Positions 53,252 through 62,660 of a stretch of DNA of 62,660 bases are shown piece by piece. Origin of the DNA: Octopus bimaculoides (lineage: Eukaryota). How positions within the stretch are numbered: position 1 is the first letter of the stretch; each line of letters starts with the position of its first letter. The translations under genes were made by a program, and so were the position numbers. The DNA lies in the NCBI RefSeq assembly GCF_001194135.2, contig NC_068982.1, positions 77,998,077 to 78,060,736 on the forward strand. The letters are read 5' to 3'. The notes beneath the pieces are model-generated. The model was not told the origin of the DNA, did not search any database, and saw nothing but the letters and a program-made list of their open reading frames with translations.

Positions 53252-53680
53252 TGTACAATGTTTTGTCTTGGTATAACAGATGGGAAAACATTCTGCCCAA
53301 TACCACAAATCTGCTTGTCAGTTGTTTGACCTTAACCAACTGAGTATGTCCTTTGGTGCTGACAATATGTGCATCTCAGATCACCTCTGGAAACGTGGGT
53401 GTTTCGTTCAACATCCTTAAATAACCCTTACTCAAGAACCATTTGAGCGGGAAGGGCTACTCAACCTGAAGAAAATTTTAACTGGTCCACATCTGCAAGG
53501 TCATGTGCTGTATATCTTGATATGAGATCACTATGTCACGCACATATGGTTGTGATGCATGTACCTGGTGTACCCTTATCAGACGGTAGTCATGATGGGG
53601 ATACTGGGCTTCGTATATTTTACCCCAGTGTCACTTTGATGGCATGCACTGCCCTCTCAATAATAATAATAATAATAATA
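53251..53680 (+). mobile_element. Non-coding retroelement embedded in (AAT)n repeats (possibly R4/Dong-type 3' region or derivative)
   Basis: Flanked by (AAT)n on both sides and ends gatggcatgcactgccctctc(AAT)n. The same tail is at 59049-59135, and an overlapping upstream portion is at 60564-60705 on the minus strand. Confidence 0.65.
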
Positions 53681-54072
53681 GATAACTAGGACCACATCAT
53701 CTCACTATGTCCTTCTTTTTTACGGTGGTAGTGTATGATACTAAGTGGATTTTGGACTCTATTCCCAGGAGGTCCTACTATTGGCCTTTTCCATTGGCTG
53801 TAATAAGAAGACCTGGCCTTGTCACTAATAAGAATATTATTATTATTATTGTTCAGTGGTTTTATTTATGAAAGCACGTTATAAAAATAAAACTACTGAA
53901 CAATAATAATAATAATATTCTTATCAGTGACAAGGCCAGGTCTTCTTATTACAGCCAATGGAAAAGGCCAATAGTAGGACCTCCTGGGAATAGAGTCCAA
54001 AATCCACTTAGTATCATACACTACCACCGTAAAAAAGAAGGACATAGTGAGATGATGTGGTCCTAGTTATCT
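53680..54072. repeat. 393-bp near-perfect inverted repeat (188-bp arms, 17-nt loop)
   Basis: Segment 53680-53867 is the reverse complement of 53885-54072 with 2 mismatches, checked base by base. Confidence 0.97.
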
Positions 54073-55119
54073 CTAAAAATACTGGATGGTCACGAGAAGA
54101 TGCCTTTGATCTTGATCTCCTGGCAGTGCGGTAGATTTAAGAGGCATTTTGGTAGATTTTTCTACTAGGTCGAACTACCTGCTAGCCACCCCCTCCTCTC
54201 GTTTGTTCATTCGTAATATTATTGTGAGTGCTCACTTTTACCTTAGTATTTAGGATACATTCCTTGGAGAAGGACGCTTCCTAGGGTACGCAGTCAGTCT
54301 TGGGCAGTGTGACATTAAGTTGCTTGTTTTGGCTTCCTCCCTGCGAGGAAAAAAAAACTCCAGTGAAGCTCTCCTCAAGGTCTTTCACATTCCCCTTTAA
54401 CCGCAATATTTTCTTAGTAAATAAAGCCATAAATTTCCATTGGGAGTGAACAAAGCTAAAGCATTAACAGCTGGACTGACTGTAAGTAAGGCTTAGAACA
54501 GCACCCACCGTTCCAAAGTACGGAATACATTGGTTGCTATAAAAAAATTATTTTCTGGTGAAAATAACAACCAAGGTTAACGTGATTCAAATAAAGTACA
54601 TTAATGAGCAGGTGGTTGCAGTCATTTTTCATATTTATAATGTAATCGATTGTCTCTATTTGTCGGGCCGGGCAGGTATACACTCACACACATACAAACG
54701 CGCGCGCGTAATATATAAATCACGGTATATATTCACATATGAGTAAATGATATATGATGTATGTATACATGTACATATACATACATATATGTAAATATAT
54801 ATATATACAGAGAGAGAGAGAGGGGGGAGAGAAAGAAAGAGAGAATATGAGGGATTTCGTTCACTTGTGATCTAAATGAATAGGTATGCTGAGTAAGTGC
54901 TATAGGTGGTCGACCGTTAGGTTCTAAGATCAGAACTAAGGCTGGATTTAGGCATCGGTATTAGAGTTTCGTTATAGCAGGTATATATTATAGAGAAAAT
55001 CAAAAACCAAGACAGAACGGGTATCTCAAGTCATTTAGAATAATCTAATTCACCTTACATTAATTAAATTATTCTAAATGACTTGAGATGCTCGTTCTGC
55101 CTTGGTTTTTGGTTTTCCC

Positions 55120-55158
<39 letters not shown>

Positions 55159-55690
55159 NNNNNNNNNNNNNNNNNNNNNNNNNNNNNNNNNNNNNNNNNN
55201 NNNNNNNNNNNNNNNNNNNNNNNNNNNNNNNNNNNNNNNNNNNNNNNNNNNNNNNNNNNNNNNNNNNNNNNNNNNNNNNNNNNNNNNNNNNNNNNNNNNN
55301 NNNNNNNNNNNNNNNNNNNNNNNNNNNNNNNNNNNNNNNNNNNNNNNNNNNNNNNNNNNNNNNNNNNNNNNNNNNNNNNNNNNNNNNNNNNNNNNNNNNN
55401 NNNNNNNNNNNNNNNNNNNNNNNNNNNNNNNNNNNNNNNNNNNNNNNNNNNNNNNNNNNNNNNNNNNNNNNNNNNNNNNNNNNNNNNNNNNNNNNNNNNN
55501 NNNNNNNNNNNNNNNNNNNNNNNNNNNNNNNNNNNNNNNNNNNNNNNNNNNNNNNNNTACACCACGTGGAAAAATTATGGAAATGTGGAAAGCATATATA
55601 AAAAGTGGAAGAGAAATGCCTTCGTTTCACATAGTTTAATATCCTTTTATAAAAAAAAATTATATAAATTCCTATTTTATGGATGTCATG

Positions 55691-55736
55691 ATATCAAACC
55701 CGTTTTCGCTATTTAAATTAACTTTTCAAGAGACAT
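55691..55736 (-). ncRNA. Hammerhead-like motif with U3-A8 core (UUGAAAA); second copy at 56514-56549 on plus strand
   Basis: Minus copy: AUGUCUC-UUGAAAA-GUUA(atttaaa)UAGC-GAA-AAC(gg)GUU-U-GAUAU. Plus copy: AUGUCCC-UUGAAAA-GCUA(atttaaa)UAGC-GAAAACC, then the gap. Confidence 0.5.
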
Positions 55737-56549
55737 TGTGAAGTAATAATTTCTTGTGACAAAGGTGTCTAGACATTTTGGATACTTGAAAAGTAAGAAT
55801 GAGTCTAGAGAATGGACAAAGGGAGGCAACAGGTGGTAAAGGGGACAACTAACTCCTCAGTATAATTGTTGAAATAGGAATGTGTAAGGATTAGGTCGTC
55901 AAGTTTATATATTAAAGTGTGGTCTTTACTTTTGTATGAACACTTTTTCCTTGTATAGGCTTTCTTGTAAGGAGATTGAATCTTTGCATTAGTATAATGG
56001 AAAAATATGAGAATTCGGTGTTTTATTTCTTGCGCAACTGTCAGTATATTCGCTCAGGACTATCTGCCTGTATTGAGGAAAACGAATCTGTTCTTTATGC
56101 AGCGTAACTATGCGTCTCAAAGTAAGGCTCGTTTGGCCCACATAATTGTGGCAACAACCTGAGCAGGTTAGGTATGGGCATGTACCACAATTAGGTCGTC
56201 TGCATTTTTTAACTGTTGGTATCGTATGTGTTGAGTATAGTTTTGCAATTGTTAGAAGTATTTTAAGTGATTTGTGTTGTCTTTTGCATTTGAGGAGTTT
56301 ATGTGTATTTAGAATTATTCATTTTCGGGTCTTGGGTGAGCAGAGGGAGATTTTGTATAATTGTACTGCATGCTTCATTGTTTCTGGGGTTGTGGGTTGA
56401 TATGTATGGGGGTGATTTAAAGTGAGCCCTTTGTCGATCCTCTAGACTCATTCTTACTTTTCAAGTATCCAAAATGGCGAGGTTCCTTTGTCACAAGAAA
56501 TGATTACTTTACAATGTCCCTTGAAAAGCTAATTTAAATAGCGAAAACC
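55691..56549 (-). mobile_element. Penelope-like element: GIY-YIG remnant flanked by inverted ~122-bp pseudo-LTR copies
   Basis: The minus strand gives VKKCRRPNCGTCPYL..CSGCCHNYVGQTSLTLRRIVTLHKEQIRFPQY..KEKVFIQK*RPHFN. Segment 55702-55823 is inverted at 56427-56548. Confidence 0.88.
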
Positions 56550-57057
56550 NNNNNNNNNNNNNNNNNNNNNNNNNNNNNNNNNNNNNNNNNNNNNNNNNNN
56601 NNNNNNNNNNNNNNNNNNNNNNNNNNNNNNNNNNNNNNNNNNNNNNNNNNNNNNNNNNNNNNNNNNNNNNNNNNNNNNNNNNNNNNNNNNNNNNNNNNNN
56701 NNNNNNNNNNNNNNNNNNNNNNNNNNNNNNNNNNNNNNNNNNNNNNNNNNNNNNNNNNNNNNNNNNNNNNNNNNNNNNNNNNNNNNNNNNNNNNNNNNNN
56801 NNNNNNNNNNNNNNNNNNNNNNNNNNNNNNNNNNNNNNNNNNNNNNNNNNNNNNNNNNNNNNNNNNNNNNNNNNNNNNNNNNNNNNNNNNNNNNNNNNNN
56901 NNNNNNNNNNNNNNNNNNNNNNNNNNNNNNNNNNNNNNAATAAATTTGCTTTGCTTGAGGCGATTTCAGAAGATATTGACATAGAAAGGAAATGGAAATA
57001 GATATTGACATAGAAGGGAAATGCTTCGATAAAGCATTCAACTAGACAGCCAAAGAA

Positions 57058-57278
57058 ATACTCAGTGGATCGTGATATGCTGATACGCGTCTGGGAGGAA
57101 TTCTCTTATCGCATTGATGTTGCCCGTGCTGCAGGTGATGGCGACATTGAACACTTGCAAGACAGGAAATAAAAGTTGATTGTGAGTAAATACTTGTGAC
57201 TTAGCTGGAGTTTTCCATTGCTTTTCCTTATTAAAATATTGCGTAATGAAATCGGTTCATTCTTTTTGGATAACCCTG
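57058..57278 (+). mobile_element. Tc1/mariner superfamily 3' fragment with TIR
   Basis: SVDRDMLIRVWEEFSYRIDVARAAGDGDIEHL followed by terminus ttctttttggataaccctg-TA. Confidence 0.75.
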
Positions 57279-58868
57279 TAGATATTTCGCTTAAGCTTAG
57301 CGAGACTAATAAACCGGTGTAGAACTCAATATACATATTGTCCAGAACGCAATGTTATATGAGTATAGAGTGGTAATAGGAATAAAGAGATGACATCGGT
57401 AAAACCAAATGTTATGTAATAAACTTCATTAGCTTAGAGCTGGTTTTGCTATAAGATGTGGTGGGCGATTAGTTGAGTACCAGGATAACATCCTATAGCT
57501 TCATCAGAGCCTTGTATATGAAGTACACTTTATTTGAGAAACTTACATTTTCAGAGCATACAGCTTTTAAGAGTGAGAAAGGTTATATATATATATATAT
57601 ATAGGTCAGACTTCTTTCAGTTTCCTTCTATCAAGTCCATTCACAAGGCTTTGGTCCGTCGAAGTAGAGGATACTTGGCCAACGTGCAACGTTGTAGGAA
57701 TGAACCCGGAAGCATGTGGTTGGGAAGCGAATCTCGTATCACACAGTCTCACCTGCACCATTTAATGCATACATAATGCGTATCATTTTCAATCGGTTAA
57801 GTGCCTCCCGTACCTTGCGTCACGTCGTAACTTCTGTCAATTGAAAATAATATACACATTCATGCACACATTCACACATGAGCGCGCGCACACACTCACA
57901 CATGCGCGCGCGCACACACACACGCCTACACATTTATATACATATATACATATGTATGTATGTATGTATGTATGTATAATATGTGAATCTGTATATGTGT
58001 ATTTGTGTGTGTAAGCGTGCGAGCATGTATATACATATATATATATATAATCGTGCCATGCGGACATTTATTGTGGTTTTTAGAGTCAGGATTTGACTGC
58101 TATTTTTTCAGCGTGGTGGTATCTCTTGATACCCTGTATTATAATTATATATATATATATATATATATGTTTATATATATGTATGTATGTGTATGTGGTG
58201 TGTGTATACAGACACACACTCACACACATTCATTCACACACGATACACGTATATATACACCACGCACATTCCCAAACACTCGCACAAAACGAATGATACC
58301 GGATGTAATTAAGGTAAACAAAAATGTCACATATGTTGAAAATATCTGAAGGAATCACTTCCCTTGGCACTGTCGACATGTGACCTTTGACATCATCATA
58401 AGTATTGTCATAGAAAGATACTGGTTAAGTATATCGTACAAAATTGCTGTTTCTCAAGATAGTGTAAACACGTTTCATGTTCGTAACTTCACATAGACGC
58501 TTTTTGTCTATTCACAATCCACTACTGCGGTTCTCTCCAACGTCCACCCACGCATTGACATACTTTAATAAATTACAACTTTCATTGACTCACATTCTGA
58601 AGCTCTATATATTATTTTTCAGTTTTTGTTTTTTAATCAAATCTCGGTCCTTCATAAAGTATTTCCACAACTTGCTGCCATTGGCATATTCATACATGCA
58701 TAATACATACATACATACATACATACATACACACATACACACATACATACATACATGCATGCATACATACATACATACATACACACATACATTCATAGTC
58801 TTGCATCCTGATTATAAATTCTCATAGTACCTATCATCATAGGTGCATTAGGTTATGTAAGTCCCAAC

Positions 58869-59051
58869 TTAGAGCAGGCCATGGCAGTGTCGGGATGTTA
58901 TGCTGTTGGAGTAAGTCTGTTGTCAACCTGGCAGCATGGGTACGGGCGTTGTAATGTTGGAACACGGGAATCCAATGACAGGCAAAATATGAGACAATTG
59001 GACGTTGACCAACATATAGACGTCCGATGGCTTGCTCCCTCTGATTTCATG
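58869..59051 (-). repeat. Inverted duplicate of Tc1 segment 59309-59473
   Basis: 8 substitutions over ~165 bp plus an 18-bp insertion (59006-59023). Confidence 0.92.
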
Positions 59052-59070
59052 GCATGCACTGCTCTCTCAC

Positions 59071-59136
<66 letters not shown>

Positions 59137-59289
59137 TGTTTGCGCGCGTGCGTTGTGTGTGTATGTATAATGCAGCGAGCTGGCAGAATCCTTAAGACAC
59201 CGGGCAAAATGCTTAGCGGTTTCACGGGAAAAAAAGTGAAAGAAATTGATGCGGATTCTCCAAAATAAAATTAATGTTCCCCGAACGCA

Positions 59290-59882
59290 TCAAGCATGCC
59301 AAGACTGACATGAAATCAGAGGGAGCAAGCCATCGGACGTCCAATTGTTTCATATTTTGCCTGTCATTGGAATCCCGTGTTCCAACATTACAACGCCTGT
59401 GCCCATGCTGCCAGGTTGACAACAAACTTCCTCCAACAGCATAACATCCAGACACTGGCATGGCCTGCTCTAAGTCTGGATATAACCCCATAGAATACTT
59501 GTGGGATGAAATCTAAAGAAGGCTAAATGACATCTGTCCAAGCCGATAACTGCAGCACAACTCACTGCAAGTTTTAACAGAGCGTGGTCTGCTATCCCCA
59601 TGGCCTTCATCAATCGTTTGGTGCATTCAATGTACAGAAGATATCTGACGGTAGTCAACGCTAACGGTAGTCACACGAGATATTGAGTTGATCTCTTTGG
59701 ATCCAGGGCACTCCGTCATCACGTGACACCATGTGACGTCAAACAGTTTCAGGAAATGACTTTTTATCATTAGGAAAGAACAGTTTCTTAATTAGCACTC
59801 TTCAATCAATGCTATGGCAGTCTGTTAATAAACCGGTTTCTATTTAGCATGTATCCAACGTTTTTTTTTTTTTGTGGTTCAG
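59290..59882 (+). mobile_element. Tc1 3' half (catalytic C-terminus and 3' end)
   Basis: VFQHYNACAHAARLTTNFLQQHNIQTLAWPALSLDI..IEYLWDEI*RRL..WSAIPMAFINRLVHSMYRRYLTVVNANGSHTRY*. Probable terminus gtggttcag-TA. Confidence 0.88.
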
Positions 59883-60563
59883 TATATATATTGATTTTAA
59901 ATTTTTGCACAAGGGCAGCAATTTCGAGGGAGGGGCTAAATGGATNNNNNNNNNNNNNNNNNNNNNNNNNNNNNNNNNNNNNNNNNNNNNNNNNNNNNNN
60001 NNNNNNNNNNNNNNNNNNNNNNNNNNNNNNNNNNNNNNNNNNNNNNNNNNNNNNNNNNNNNNNNNNNNNNNNNNNNNNNNNNNNNNNNNNNNNNNNNNNN
60101 NNNNNNNNNNNNNNNNNNNNNNNNNNNNNNNNNNNNNNNNNNNNNNNNNNNNNNNNNNNNNNNNNNNNNNNNNNNNNNNNNNNNNNNNNNNNNNNNNNNN
60201 NNNNNNNNNNNNNNNNNNNNNNNNNNNNNNNNNNNNNNNNNNNNNNNNNNNNNNNNNNNNNNNNNNNNNNNNNNNNNNNNNNNNNNNNNNNNNNNNNNNN
60301 NNNNNNNNNNNNNNNNNNNNNNNNNNNNNNNNNNNNNNNNNNNNNNNNNNNNNNNNNNNNNNNNNNNNNNNNNNNNNNNNNNNNNNNNNNNNNNNNNNNN
60401 NNNNNNNNNNNNNNNNNNNNNNNNNNNNNNNNNNNNNNNNNNNNNNNNNNNNNNNNNNNNNNNNNNNNNNNNNNNNNNNNNNNNNNNNNNNNNNNNNNNN
60501 NNNNNNNNNNNNNNNNNNNNNNNNNNNNNNNNNNNNNNNNNNNNNNNNNNNNNNNNNNNNNNN

Positions 60564-60702
60564 CAAGCAAATCTGTGGTATTAAGCAGAATATTTGCTGT
60601 AGCTCATCTTTTTATACCAAGACAAAACAATGTACATGACAACACTTCCAATCAATTAAGATCAAAAGCCATGAGAATCACTGCCTGGTACTGCATGCGG
60701 GC

Positions 60703-60705
<3 letters not shown>
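60564..60705 (-). mobile_element. Upstream portion of the (AAT)n-associated element, truncated by gap
   Basis: The reverse complement contains atgtacattgttttgtcttggtataa...aataccacagatttgcttg, matching 53251-53320. It abuts (ATT)n at 60705-60770. Confidence 0.75.
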
Positions 60706-60747
<42 letters not shown>

Positions 60748-61882
60748 CATCATCATCATTATTATTATTACTGTTGTTGTTGTTGGTGTTATTTAATAAT
60801 ATTTTGATTCCACTTCATACTTGTATGTATGTATGTATGTATGTATGTATGTACGTATGTATGTATAGTTATTTGTACTTCCAACTTAACATGGACACGT
60901 TGTTTTGAACGCCGTAGGCTGAGGTAATTGTCCTGAGAAACATCACGTAGAGACGCTTGGTACGAAAAAGAAAAATGCTGAATGTCAGCATTTTGTGATG
61001 TCACTGACTATTTAGTCAATGTTAAACTATATAGGTTTGTATTTTCGAGCAAACTTTCGGTGGTAGAATGCCTGTTGCTGATGAAACGCAATTTATGCTG
61101 CGCTGAAATCACGTAATACAATAGTGCCATCCACCGGTGCTGACGACATTGTGTCAACCGATAATTTCTGTACTTTTTTTAGCACCTAATATTCATATGA
61201 GATGACTTCTCAGGGCGAGAGAGAGAGAGAAGGGCGGTAGAGAGGTAGAGAGGTAGAGAGAGAAACAGAATCAGAAAAACAGAGATTGCAAAAGTAGATC
61301 ATATTTTAATTACGCTCAATAGCTGTTTCATTAGGAGTAAACGTCTTTAATTCCATACTTTAAGATAAATAAATAATACATATGAATTAATTTAAGTTAA
61401 GTTTGAAGCTATCCCAAATAATCGGAAATACCGCGTGTGTGTGTGTGTGTGTATATGTGTGTGTGCAAAGTAAAACGATTTGATACCAACCGGAAATTGA
61501 AAGCGAATTAGTTCCTCTATAATGGTTCTGGAGTTGCATATTATAACTATTGTTTAAGTAAGTATTTTTTATTTAAGTCAATTATTTTAGTTGAGCCCAC
61601 GAAGGAAAATTATTAGCTACTGAGAAACCGAAGTTACGATACGGTTTCAATCTTGTCTATGGCATTCACTTATACTTACTTATACTTACACGACCATAAG
61701 CCTGCAAGGGAGATTCTACAAACTCATTCGAATTACGAGAAATAACAGTCATTTTCTCCAAGGTTTACCATGTGCTGTTAATTAATGGTATGTTATTTAG
61801 CAGATAGTGCAGTATTCCTAAAGCAGTTACAATCGGTGCATCTTTCATCAGAGGGCAGACTTACCTTTTGCAGGTATTGTAT

Positions 61883-61915
61883 CTTTCCCTTATTAACAAT
61901 GTTAATAAGGGAAAG
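61883..61915. repeat. Perfect 33-bp palindrome
   Basis: ctttcccttattaaca-a-tgttaataagggaaag (16-bp arms, 1-nt centre). Confidence 0.95.
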
Positions 61916-61964
61916 GTAATTAGATAATATTTTTGGCTAGCTAAAGATTACAATAATACTTTCG

Positions 61965-62185
61965 ACTATAAGCACAAGGCCTGCAATTTTTTGTGTGTGC
62001 TGGTGGTGGTGGGGTTAGTCGGTTACATCGACCCAGTACGAAATTGGTACTTAGTTCAGTGACCTCGAAAGGATGAAAGGCAAACTCGACCCCGGTGGAA
62101 CTTGAACTCAGAACGTAAAACCGAAAGAAATACTTGTAAGTACTTTGTCCTGCGTGCTAACGATTTTGCTCGCTCGCCGCCTTAG
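61965..62185 (-). mobile_element. SINE family B copy
   Basis: Contains gaaaggatgaaaggcaaa...gaactcagaacgtaaa...cgctcgccgc (reverse head). Confidence 0.8.
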
Positions 62186-62660
62186 ATTATAGGAACAATA
62201 TCTTCTACAGGCATAATAGATATTTTCCGTCACATTTTGCTGGATTAAACGTTTCAATATCTCTTCTGCTCAGAAGAAGCTATCTTTTACTCTTGCATTG
62301 GAAGATCAAAGCTTAATGTTGGAGTCACCAATTCTAGACACCTTACATTTCCTGCTGGAAGTGAAACATCTCCTTTATTCAATAAATAATCCTTTATTCT
62401 CCTACAGGTCTTTGTTGAAGTGGTTCACTCGACGGTTTTGGAATCATGCAACAGCACCGGTAGAAGAGTGCTTCTTTAAGAGCTAAAAGGGTTTTATTCC
62501 CAATCCGTGAGATGGTGTTCTCTTTACTTTCGGGCGCATGTGGTTAATGCATTTGTTTTTTCTGGTGCTCACGCGCGCGCACACACACAATATCTATATA
62601 AAATAGAAAACAAAGCACAAGACATTGTTTATAGCATGTTTATACCTGTCTTATGTACGT

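Noticed and set aside
61072-61120. CTGATGA-aaCGCA...TGCGct-GAAA hammerhead-like string
   Set aside because: No stem I complementarity around the putative GUA site.
62408-62459. Candidate exon after acceptor tcctttattctcctacAG
   Set aside because: Weak donor (GTAGAA), a short open frame expected by chance and no recognisable protein motif.

Overview
Eukaryotic (animal) draft-scaffold DNA: AT-rich, saturated with microsatellites, with 17 N-gaps totalling about 6 kb. The repeat families and microsatellite load resemble an octopus/coleoid genome, which is an inference. No intact protein-coding gene, rRNA, true tRNA or CRISPR array can be supported, and almost all ORF-track entries are microsatellite or N-gap artefacts. 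The window is a transposon graveyard. It holds one full-length but frameshifted Tc1 element, several mariner/Tc1 fragments and MITE-like derivatives, two CR1/L2-type LINE fragments, three or more tRNA-derived SINE families, a (TAA)n-associated non-autonomous element and several Penelope-like (PLE) remnants. The main signal missed by the ORF track is RNA structure: about ten type I hammerhead-ribozyme-like motifs from at least six sequence families. Two have complete canonical cores (32278-32363, 39776-39838). One family has a shared A6-to-U core change in three copies, one has a compensatory U3-A8 core, and one sits downstream of a tRNA-like Pol III head, suggesting a ribozyme-bearing SINE. 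The window also has many inverted duplications, including a 393-bp near-perfect hairpin (186/188 matched). Hammerheads in PLEs are known in general, so novelty lies in the variant cores and the SINE linkage. All folds were derived by eye and none is tested.
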